From Candidatus Woesebacteria bacterium GW2011_GWB1_33_38 (GTDB lineage Bacteria > Patescibacteriota > Microgenomatia > UBA8517): a stretch of DNA of 59,299 nt. A model generated the notes under the pieces. That model was not told the origin of the DNA and did no database searches. It worked only from the letters and a program-made list of their open reading frames with translations. The position numbers and the translations under genes are program-made. How positions within the stretch are numbered: position 1 is the stretch's first letter; every line of letters starts with the position of its first letter. Below are positions 1 to 7,867 of this stretch, piece by piece. The DNA lies in the NCBI GenBank assembly GCA_000990005.1, contig LBPF01000004.1, positions 1 through 59,299 of the forward strand, given 5' to 3'.

Positions 1-2
1 TG

Positions 3-950
3 AATCAATTTGGAGCTAAAGGTCGTGCTGAAACTGGTCAAAATTATACACAAATACTAAATGCATACTATAACGCAGATGTAACGAGCGGGTATAATAC
101 AGGGATAACGATTAACGTTTCAGGTAAAAATGAGTTTGGACAATCATTCAACGACAATTGGAATATTGAAGACTACGTTAAACATATTTATGAAATGCCG
201 ACCGATTTTCCAACAGAAGCTTTAAAAGCTCAGGCCATAGCAGCTAGGTCTTACGCATTAAGTTATACCAACAATGGAACAAAATCAATTTGCCCAAGCC
301 AAAGTTGTCAAGTTGTCAAACGCGAAATAAACAATGGCACATGGCAAACTGTTGTTGAGGCAACAAAGGGAAAGGTTTTGACAAATGGTGGAAACCCCAT
401 TACTGCATGGTTTTCCTCCACACACGGTGGATATGCATATACATCAGGAGATATTGGGTGGAGCAATAAACCATGGACAAAAAGATTGGTGGATGCAAAT
501 GGTGGGATTGGAAACTTTTCAGATTTGTTTAACAATGCTTATGATAAATCTTCCCCAACCTTTTATTGTGATTGGGGTAGCAGAACCCAATACAACAAAA
601 CCGCTTGGTTAAAACCAGAAGAAGTTGCAGATATTGCAAATGTTATGCTCCTTGCTAAGGCAGACGGATCAACCCAAAGACATCTTTCTCAGCCAGATAA
701 ACCAAATCCAGACGGTGTTGATACATGGGATGAAAACAAAGTCAAAAACGAACTTTTGAGTCGAGGTATAACACCTTTTAATTCTGTTTCAAATGTTTCA
801 ATCGGCGCTGATTTTGGAAGTGGAAGGACAACAACGGTTACAATTGATGGCAGATCGTTTGATGGCCAAGATTTTAAAAGTTATTTTAACCTTCGCGCTC
901 CTTCTAATATTCAAATTGTAGGGCCACTATTTAATATTGAAAAAAGATAA
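3..950 (+). CDS. spoIID: SpoIID/LytB-family protein (5' partial; frame open from window edge)
   Basis: Frame 3 has no stop from nt 3. Contains NQFGAKGRAETGQNYTQILNAYY and ALKAQAIAARSYAL, both typical SpoIID motifs. Confidence 0.7.
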   Translation, partial: NQFGAKGRAETGQNYTQILNAYYNADVTSGYNTGITINVSGKNEFGQSFNDNWNIEDYVKHIYEMPTDFPTEALKAQAIAARSYALSYTNNGTKSICPSQSCQVVKREINNGTWQTVVEATKGKVLTNGGNPITAWFSSTHGGYAYTSGDIGWSNKPWTKRLVDANGGIGNFSDLFNNAYDKSSPTFYCDWGSRTQYNKTAWLKPEEVADIANVMLLAKADGSTQRHLSQPDKPNPDGVDTWDENKVKNELLSRGITPFNSVSNVSIGADFGSGRTTTVTIDGRSFDGQDFKSYFNLRAPSNIQIVGPLFNIEKR

Positions 951-974
951 TCCTGATCTGTTATAATTAACTAT

Positions 975-1652
975 ATGCCAGATATATTCAAGGCGAAAGT
1001 GATTGAAGCCAAACCAATTGAATTTAAACCAAAGAACAAAGATGAAGACCACCATTTAAGAAAAGTTTTGTATAAAGATCTTCCTTCGTCTGGGTTTAAT
1101 CCATTAGGTTCTATCATGTTTTGTCCGGAAAATTTGAAATTTGAAACAATGGATTCTGAAGAGAAAGTTGTTCTTTTCCTACGAAAACATTGGATAACTA
1201 ATATTCCTTGGATTTTAATGGCTATATTTATGTTTTTAATTCCCCCTTTTGTTCAAGATCTGTCACTATTTGATTCAATTCCAGACAATTTTATGTTTAT
1301 TTTTGTACTTATCTGGTGTTTAATTTCTACAGCTTATTTTTTAGAGAGTTTCCTGACTTGGTTTTTTAATGTCTATATAGTAACCGATGAAAGAATCGTT
1401 GATATTGATTTTTTTAATTTAATTTATAAAGAAGTAAGTGATGCTAATATAGACAAAATTCAAGACGTCACTTACAAAATGGGTGGAGTTATTAGAACAC
1501 TTTTCAATTATGGTGATGTTATGGTTCAGACAGCTTCAGAAGTTCCCAATTTTGAATTTTTGGCAGTTCCTAAACCTGACAAAGTTTCCAAGGTTTTACA
1601 AGATTTAAGAATTGAAGAACAACAAGAAGCAATTGAAGGGAGGGTAAGATGA
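975..1652 (+). CDS. membrane protein with bacterial PH (bPH/YdbT-like) domain
   Basis: Two TM helices followed by a DERIVDIDF...KIQDV PH-like segment. Paralog of 15120..15758. Confidence 0.5.
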   Translation: MPDIFKAKVIEAKPIEFKPKNKDEDHHLRKVLYKDLPSSGFNPLGSIMFCPENLKFETMDSEEKVVLFLRKHWITNIPWILMAIFMFLIPPFVQDLSLFDSIPDNFMFIFVLIWCLISTAYFLESFLTWFFNVYIVTDERIVDIDFFNLIYKEVSDANIDKIQDVTYKMGGVIRTLFNYGDVMVQTASEVPNFEFLAVPKPDKVSKVLQDLRIEEQQEAIEGRVR

Positions 1653-1861
1653 TTTTATCCTTAACTATTTGGTCAATCCTTAAAGTATTTATTTTGATAT
1701 TTTTAGCAATTTACATTGTTTTTGCTTTTGTGGTTATGCGCCAAGTTCAGTTAATGACAGCTACTTTAGAGGTCGGTTTTGAGGGACAACTTAAGTTTTT
1801 AGCCTTTTTACATTTTTTATTTGCTATTGCAGTTTTGGTCTTTGGTATACTTACCCTGTGA
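1649..1861 (+). CDS. small membrane protein
   Basis: 70 aa with two hydrophobic helices. ATGA overlap with the upstream gene. Confidence 0.45.
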   Translation: MILSLTIWSILKVFILIFLAIYIVFAFVVMRQVQLMTATLEVGFEGQLKFLAFLHFLFAIAVLVFGILTL

Positions 1862-3222
1862 ACAGTAAATTAATTGGAAACGCAAAAATTAGTGGTGGTT
1901 TTATTTATATTGTTGCCGAAAAAGGGACAACAGCTGTACTTCATCGGGGTTTAAATAAAGTTTTGCTTATTAAAGCTACTGACCAAAAACAAACAGCTAA
2001 AGGTAAAGTATTACAGGGAGATGTTTATATTTTGGAAAATGGAGAAGAAAAATTAATCACTAAAATTGATGATCAAAAAATTTTTCAAGAAAATAATATT
2101 TTTATAAACCCTGACCCTATATATGACGCTACTTCCGAAAAAAGAAAGACTACATTTACTGTTGGTATTTTAATTTTGATTCTTCTAATTGTTAGTGTTG
2201 TTTTTGGAGTTAATCAAAAAAACAAAAAAGAATTTAGAGATGAATCAGAACGGCTTCTTTCAGAAGCTTTGAAAAGTTATGAAAAATCTATTGATGAATC
2301 TAGCCTTGATATAACAATCCCAAGACAACTTTTTGTTTCTGCAAGGGAAATTGCCTTTAAATTAAGAGATGATGGCTATAAAGATGAGAAGTTAACCAAT
2401 TTAATTGATAACATATCTTCCAAAGAATCTCTGGTTTTAGGTGAGCAACAAGTTGATGTAAAGGAATTTTTGGATTTATCACTTCAAACAAACGGCTTTA
2501 ATGGGGAGAGCATTACTTCAACAGGTGAAGAGATGTTTATTTTGGATAGGGAAATTAAAAGTGTTATACAAGTTGACCTTTCAACTAAAAAGGCCAAAAT
2601 AGTTGCAGGAAAAGATAAATTAGACGGTGTAAAACAGATTGCTTCATATGAAGACAAATTGTTTTCACTAACAAATGATGGTATTTATCAAATAAACAGT
2701 GAGAAAACTAAGGTGAAAGATATGGATTGGGGAGAATCGTTAATATATCTTTACTCGGCCAATATTTACTTAATTGATAAAACTGCAAATCAAGTATTTA
2801 GGTTTTCAGGTTCACCTCAAGGAAAGAATCTAACCTTTTCTGATAAACAAGACTGGTTGGCTCCAGGAATTGAGATGGATTTATCAAAAGTTAAAGATGT
2901 TGTAATTGACGGTTCGATTTGGCTGCTATCAAGTTCAGGAAAAGTCACTAAACTAACAAATGGTAATCCAATGGCAATTTTGATGAAAGGAATCATTGAT
3001 GAGATTAATAATCCAACTGCAATTTATACAAATGAAGAATTAAAATATGTTTATATTCTTGAACGCGAAAAGGGCAGGGTTGTAATTCTGGAAAAAAACG
3101 GTAACTTCAAGATGCAATATACATCAGATGCAATTAAGGAAGCAAAAGATTTAGTGGTTAGTGAAAAAGAAAATAAAGTAATCTTGCTAATAAGCTCAAA
3201 ATTAATGTATTTTGAGCCCTAA
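1858..3222 (+). CDS. membrane-anchored hypothetical protein
   Basis: Long ORF with a GTG start overlapping the upstream TGA. One internal TM segment (TFTVGILILILLIVSVVFGV). Confidence 0.5.
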   Translation: MNSKLIGNAKISGGFIYIVAEKGTTAVLHRGLNKVLLIKATDQKQTAKGKVLQGDVYILENGEEKLITKIDDQKIFQENNIFINPDPIYDATSEKRKTTFTVGILILILLIVSVVFGVNQKNKKEFRDESERLLSEALKSYEKSIDESSLDITIPRQLFVSAREIAFKLRDDGYKDEKLTNLIDNISSKESLVLGEQQVDVKEFLDLSLQTNGFNGESITSTGEEMFILDREIKSVIQVDLSTKKAKIVAGKDKLDGVKQIASYEDKLFSLTNDGIYQINSEKTKVKDMDWGESLIYLYSANIYLIDKTANQVFRFSGSPQGKNLTFSDKQDWLAPGIEMDLSKVKDVVIDGSIWLLSSSGKVTKLTNGNPMAILMKGIIDEINNPTAIYTNEELKYVYILEREKGRVVILEKNGNFKMQYTSDAIKEAKDLVVSEKENKVILLISSKLMYFEP

Positions 3223-3229
3223 ACAAACT

Positions 3230-3620
3230 TGGTGGAGATGGAGGGAATCGAACCCTCATCCGAAAAACTTATAAACAAAACCTTTACAAGCGTATTTAGT
3301 TTTTATAATTTCCTTTAAAAATTATCCAACTAACAGGAATTTTAAAGTGAGATTTATTTGTCTTTGTTACAGATCTTTAAATCATTAAAATCTGTAAAGC
3401 ATCTCGAATTGGTTTACACCCAGTCGGTCCGATCGAGAATCAGACTTCAGGACGCCGTTAAGCATCAATCGTTAAATATGCAAAATGCATATCACGATAT
3501 TGATTAACAGAAGCAAAATTTTGTTTTGCTTTTAGTTTTTGATATCTTTTGACAAGTGTTTATCAAACTTGGCTTGCAGTTTTGTAAAAGAGCTTCCCGT
3601 CGAAACCGGTCTTTTGCTTT
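3230..3620 (-). ncRNA. ssrA: tmRNA (SsrA); 3' end certain, 5' end approximate and atypical
   Basis: The reverse complement ends GAGGGTTCGATTCCCTCCATCTCCACCA (T-arm, acceptor, encoded CCA). GGTTTCGACGGG, the hallmark of the 5' tRNA-like domain, lies at 3596-3609. The gene is immediately downstream of smpB. Confidence 0.65.
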
Positions 3621-4000
3621 ATAGAATCTTTTTTCTCAAACTGTCTTTTGGCCTTGCCAAGAGTCAATTCAAGCTTAATCCTACGTTTGCGATTATACAT
3701 CATTGTGGGCACGATTTGCAAGTTTTTTTGTTTTGTTTTTGTAACCAGAGCTAAGATTTCACTTCTATGAAGTAGAAGTTTTCTCATTCTAGTTGGTTCG
3801 TATTTTAAAATTCCCTTAGCTGGAATGTTAGCGTTAATTAAAAATACTTCACCGTTTAAAACTCTGACATGAGATTGTGATAAATCTATCCGATTGTCAC
3901 GGAATGATTTAGCCTCAACACCTTTTAAGACAATACCAGCCTCAACCTTTTCAGGAGTTAGTTCATATTCAAATCTTGCTCTTTTATTAAAGATGCGCAT
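3563..4000 (-). CDS. smpB: SsrA-binding protein SmpB
   Basis: MRIFNKRARFEYEL..GIVLKGVEAKS..HRSEI is the SmpB signature. Start chosen at the internal ATG 3998-4000. The C-terminal tail overlaps the tmRNA 5' region. Confidence 0.85.
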   Translation of the reverse strand: MRIFNKRARFEYELTPEKVEAGIVLKGVEAKSFRDNRIDLSQSHVRVLNGEVFLINANIPAKGILKYEPTRMRKLLLHRSEILALVTKTKQKNLQIVPTMMYNRKRRIKLELTLGKAKRQFEKKDSIKQKTGFDGKLFYKTASQV

Positions 4001-4013
4001 ATAGTAATTATAT

Positions 4014-4640
4014 ATGATTCTTGATTTACTGTTCCCCAAATACTGTTTAGAATGCAAAAAGTTAGGTAAATATATATGTGATGGCTGTTATTGTAAGGTC
4101 AGACCTTGCAATATTATAGATAATAATTATTCAATTTTTAAGTACGAGGGAGTGATTAGAAAGGCAATAATTTCTTTAAAATATAAGTTTGCATTCGATT
4201 TAGTTGACGAGTTAGTTAGTTGCGTGTTACGAGTTTTAAAAATAAATTCTAAATTCTTAATTTTTACGGCATCGCCAGTTATTAATTCTAAATTAATTTT
4301 AGTTCCAATTCCACTTCATAAACATCGGGAAAACTGGAGAGGATTTAATCAAGCAGAAATAATTGGAGAAAAGTTAGCCAAGAAAATGAATTGGAAATAT
4401 ATTCCTGATTTATTAATTCGTACAAAAGAATCAAAACCTCAAGTTCAATTAAAAGGTCTTGACCGCAGAAAAAATTTATCAGGAGTTTTTGTTGTTAATA
4501 CTAATCACTTTATATCTAATAACTGTTCACTTGTTCTTTTTGATGATGTTTACACCACAGGTTCAACCATAAATGAGGCCAAGAAAGTACTACAAGAATC
4601 TGGTTTTAAAAATATCCAAAGTCTAACTATTGCGAGATAA
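4014..4640 (+). CDS. comF: ComF-family phosphoribosyltransferase
   Basis: N-terminal CxxC..CxxC cluster and PRTase motif VLFDDVYTTGSTINEA. Confidence 0.8.
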   Translation: MILDLLFPKYCLECKKLGKYICDGCYCKVRPCNIIDNNYSIFKYEGVIRKAIISLKYKFAFDLVDELVSCVLRVLKINSKFLIFTASPVINSKLILVPIPLHKHRENWRGFNQAEIIGEKLAKKMNWKYIPDLLIRTKESKPQVQLKGLDRRKNLSGVFVVNTNHFISNNCSLVLFDDVYTTGSTINEAKKVLQESGFKNIQSLTIAR

Positions 4641-4672
4641 TTGAAACAAAGTCTTTAGTGTACAAAACACAA

Positions 4673-5230
4673 TCACTGTACTATATTTATCGTATTTTCA
4701 GTCGCCTGAGTTCTTGTTTGTTTGGTCTGGTTAGCAAACCAATTATAGTAAGCATCTATGAAATCCAAGCAGAATATATCTATTTGTAATTGCAAGACTT
4801 TATAATTTTTGGTCTCCTGTAGATTAAAATGTCTAAAGTTATTTTTCTTTGGAGGCACAAATTCAAAGTTATCTAACTTTATACGTGCCTGTTGATGGCT
4901 AATACTAGTTGTTGCCTGGTGATAAAGACTACATCTTAGGGCGTAACAATCATTTCCAGAAAATTCTAGATTTGACATAGATATTAATTTCTGTCTCGTT
5001 TCTGTGTTCATTGACTTCAGCATATTTATCGGAGCACCAGTTTTTCTCCGATATTTTTTTCCAAGATATCGTTCGAATCATCTTATATAAAGCTTTCTGG
5101 ATGTTTTTCTATTTTTATCTTCCAAACTAGAACATATATCTGGAATAGCTAGACAAAGAAACATAGCTGCAAACCAGTTTTTATTTTTTAGACAGCTTTT
5201 AATTGATTGTATTATTAAATCTATATTCAT
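4673..5230 (-). pseudogene. hypothetical protein interrupted by an in-frame TGA (5078-5080)
   Basis: ORFs 5078..5230 (start MNIDLII) and 4673..5023 are in the same frame. They are separated only by one TGA and 18 sense codons. Confidence 0.4.
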
Positions 5231-5246
5231 ATAAAATAATTTGATT

Positions 5247-5338
5247 TGGCGGTGAGGGTGGGATTCGAACCCACGACAGCCAAAAATGACTGTATTAGTT
5301 TTCAAGACTAACCTGATCGACCACTCCAGCACCTCACC
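5247..5338 (-). tRNA. tRNA-Ser(UGA), CCA encoded
   Basis: Reverse complement reads GGTGAGG..anticodon loop CTTGAAA..long variable arm..GGGTTCGAATCCCAC CCTCACC G CCA. Confidence 0.85.
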
Positions 5339-5363
5339 GTTTTTATATAACTCTAGTAATTTG

Positions 5364-5449
5364 CGGAGGATACAGGGGTCGAACCTGTCCGACGCAATTA
5401 AGCGTCAAAGTTTAGCAAACTTTTCCCTGAACCGTTCGGGATATCCTCC
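5364..5449 (-). tRNA. tRNA-Ser(GCU)
   Basis: Reverse complement reads GGAGGAT..anticodon loop TTGCTAA..long variable arm..ACAGGTTCGACCCCTGT ATCCTCC G. Confidence 0.8.
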
Positions 5450-6438
5450 TTGTATCTCAATAATCTAAAGTTGCTTGATCCAACAATATTAAAGTAATCT
5501 ATTACTGAGGCTTTATTATACAGCCAAATGCGTTCACCTGCCACACTTGGATGCAAATTTAATTCATCTAGAGTTTTTGTTACAAAATTTAGTAAAGGTT
5601 TTGATCTATTAGCAAAACATGGGTTTAAATATGTATAACTTTTAGACTTGTATTTATGAGTACATCTTGATATGCAACCGTCTGTATCCATTAGCCCTCT
5701 TAGGCATGCGATTTTGTATTCAATTGAGCCCATTATCCACATAGGCACACTTACTTGTTGCTTTACCTTATCGCCCTTTTTAAGGCCAATTTTTAATAAA
5801 TAATTTATTAGATTAATTCCGCTATATCTTAAATTTGTAGCTTTACAATCTTTTCTTGGAGCTATTTTTGGTTTTTGTCCAAAAAGAGTTTTACCTAAAT
5901 TGGCAACATACTTTATATATTTCTTGTCAGCAACTGTATTTAGTGTCACTGTTGCTTGTTCTTTTGTAATTCCACCATCTCCTAACATGATTCCAACAAA
6001 TTCTGCCAGCCTTATTGATTTTTTTGGATACAAATAAGGCTTGGAACACCATGCGGCTAGACCTCTCTTTCTAAGAATTTGTAAAGCATTATGGCCACCT
6101 TTCCTTCTTCCTTCCGGAGTACTGAAATTTCCATAAATTTTATATCTTGCTTTTGCACCGATTCTACAAGTTTCGCTTCTTAAATTTTGCCAATTTATTT
6201 TTAATTGCTCTAAATTATTAGGTAAAATAATGTCATGTTTGTTGCATAGAATTTTTACAGCATTCTCTGTTATGTTATATTTTTCTCTTTTCCAGTCTCG
6301 AATCGTTCTAGGTGAAACATTTACCAGTCTTGAAAATTTTATGGAATCTAAATTAGATTTTTGAAGTGCACTTTCTAAAAATTTTCTTTGTTCTCCCTTC
6401 GGAAATTTAATTCTACTATCGCTATATTTAGATGGCAT
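5398..6438 (-). CDS. LAGLIDADG-type homing-endonuclease-like protein with N-terminal HTH
   Basis: Two LAGLIDADG-like motifs (LAEFVGIMLGDGGI, LRGLMDTDGCI). The last 52 nt run antisense into tRNA-Ser(GCU). Confidence 0.65.
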   Translation of the reverse strand: MPSKYSDSRIKFPKGEQRKFLESALQKSNLDSIKFSRLVNVSPRTIRDWKREKYNITENAVKILCNKHDIILPNNLEQLKINWQNLRSETCRIGAKARYKIYGNFSTPEGRRKGGHNALQILRKRGLAAWCSKPYLYPKKSIRLAEFVGIMLGDGGITKEQATVTLNTVADKKYIKYVANLGKTLFGQKPKIAPRKDCKATNLRYSGINLINYLLKIGLKKGDKVKQQVSVPMWIMGSIEYKIACLRGLMDTDGCISRCTHKYKSKSYTYLNPCFANRSKPLLNFVTKTLDELNLHPSVAGERIWLYNKASVIDYFNIVGSSNFRLLRYKEDIPNGSGKSLLNFDA

Positions 6439-6513
6439 ATTTAATACTAACTAAACCCGAAAGATAAGTCAATAGGTCATGCGAATCTATTAGTAATAAG
6501 GTATAATCTAAAC

Positions 6514-7035
6514 ATGGATCCTGCCAAAGAACAACAACAAGAAAATAGCTCTTTAAAACCTGAATTAGAAAAAGATCTTGTAACTTGGGTAGCTCCCGCA
6601 AGACCATTTAAAAGAAGAGATAAACAGTTTTATTTAACCACAATATCAATTGCTGGAATAGTTTGTTTGATTTTATTCTTAGCTGAGGGAGCTATGCCAG
6701 TAATTTTAATAGTCTCTTTAATTTTTCTCTATTATGTTATGAGTACTGTAGCTCCAGAGGATATTGAGTATAAAATTACAAATAAAGGAATTAAAGTTGG
6801 AGGTAGAACAACAAATTGGCAATTTTTAGGTAGGTTTTGGTTTGGAAAAAGGTATGATAGTGAACTTTTAATAGTGGAGACAGCGTTTATACCTAATAGA
6901 ATGGAGCTAGTCATAAAATCTGAAGTTAAAGAAGAAATAAAGGAAAATTTAAAAAAATATCTAATTGAAGAAGAAATTTCTCCATCAAAATTAGATAAAG
7001 CAATAGACTGGTTTAGTAAAAAATTACCCAATTAA
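6514..7035 (+). CDS. hypothetical membrane protein
   Basis: ORF with two adjacent TM helices. No recognisable motif. Confidence 0.45.
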   Translation: MDPAKEQQQENSSLKPELEKDLVTWVAPARPFKRRDKQFYLTTISIAGIVCLILFLAEGAMPVILIVSLIFLYYVMSTVAPEDIEYKITNKGIKVGGRTTNWQFLGRFWFGKRYDSELLIVETAFIPNRMELVIKSEVKEEIKENLKKYLIEEEISPSKLDKAIDWFSKKLPN

Positions 7036-7055
7036 AAGTTATAAAATAATATATT

Positions 7056-7127
7056 GCCCTCGTAGCTCAACGGATAGAGCACTGGTTTGCGGAATCAGAA
7101 ATATCAGTCCGATTCTGATCGAGGGCA
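7056..7127 (+). tRNA. tRNA-Arg(GCG)
   Basis: GCCCTCG acceptor, anticodon stem CTGGT/ATCAG, loop TTGCGGA. The T-loop TCCGATT is unusual. Confidence 0.75.
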
Positions 7128-7131
7128 CATT

Positions 7132-7213
7132 GGAGGATTGGTAGAACGGTAATACGCGGGTTTCGAAAACCCGTGGGAGTAATCCCAAGTAGGTTCGACT
7201 CCTACATCCTCCG
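7132..7213 (+). tRNA. tRNA-Ser(CGA)
   Basis: GGAGGAT acceptor, anticodon loop TTCGAAA, long variable arm, GTAGGTTCGACTCCTAC T-arm. Confidence 0.8.
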
Positions 7214-7240
7214 CTTTTCTGGTACAATACACGTAAAGTT

Positions 7241-7693
7241 ATGAAAAACAATAACGGTGAAATACTAATTGGTGGGGCAGTTATTTTTAAAGAAGGAAGA
7301 GGAAAAAATCATTTTTTACTTTCAAAAAATAATGAAGGTGAGTGGGAAATATTAAAGTCTACAGTTAGAAGGGGAGAGTCTTCAGTTAGGGCTGTAATTA
7401 GATTTACTTCAGAACAGGGAAATATGAATACTAGAGTTTTAGATGAAGTAGGTAGGGGAACTGGTGCAGGAACAGTTGGAAACAAAAGTGTAACTTTTAA
7501 ATATATTTATTACCTTATGTTGTATAAAACAGGTGCTGAAATAATGGGTATAGGAGAACACGCTTGGTTTGATTATGCTGGAAGCTTAAAGAAACTTAAA
7601 TTAAAAAGAGAAAAAGATATGTTAAAAACAGCAAATGGAATGATTAAAGAATGGGAAAAGAAAAGAAAATCCTCAAAAAGACCAAACTCCTGA
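7241..7693 (+). CDS. NUDIX-like protein (degenerate Nudix box)
   Basis: GGAVIF...GEWEILKSTVRRGESSVRAVIRFTSEQG loosely fits GX5EX7REUXEEXG. Confidence 0.35.
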   Translation: MKNNNGEILIGGAVIFKEGRGKNHFLLSKNNEGEWEILKSTVRRGESSVRAVIRFTSEQGNMNTRVLDEVGRGTGAGTVGNKSVTFKYIYYLMLYKTGAEIMGIGEHAWFDYAGSLKKLKLKREKDMLKTANGMIKEWEKKRKSSKRPNS

Positions 7694-7718
7694 TATAATT
7701 GCCTCAGTCTAATAAAAT

Positions 7719-7734
7719 ATGGAGGAGTCGGATA
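7719..7734 (+). repeat. 16-nt direct repeat: duplicated 5' end of tRNA-Ser(GGA)
   Basis: ATGGAGGAGTCGGATA occurs at 7719-7734 and again at 7782-7797, where it is the start of the intact tRNA. Confidence 0.9.
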
Positions 7735-7783
7735 AGTAAACTTGCAACCCAGTTGTAAGCATAGCTTGTCCTTACCCTCACAT

Positions 7784-7867
7784 GGAGGAGTCGGATAGTG
7801 GTTCATTCCACAGACTTGGAAAGTCTGCGGCTTAACAGCCTCGCGAGTTCGAATCTCGCCTCCTCCG
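7784..7867 (+). tRNA. tRNA-Ser(GGA)
   Basis: GGAGGAG acceptor, anticodon loop TTGGAAA, long variable arm, GCGAGTTCGAATCTCGC T-arm, CTCCTCC G. Confidence 0.85.

Noticed and set aside
5078-5080. In-frame TGA as evidence for an alternative genetic code (UGA=Gly, code 25, as in Gracilibacteria/Absconditabacteria).
   Set aside because: Well-supported genes terminate at TGA, for example gap at 30863-30865, fba at 34610-34612 and 975..1652. TGA is therefore a stop in this genome.
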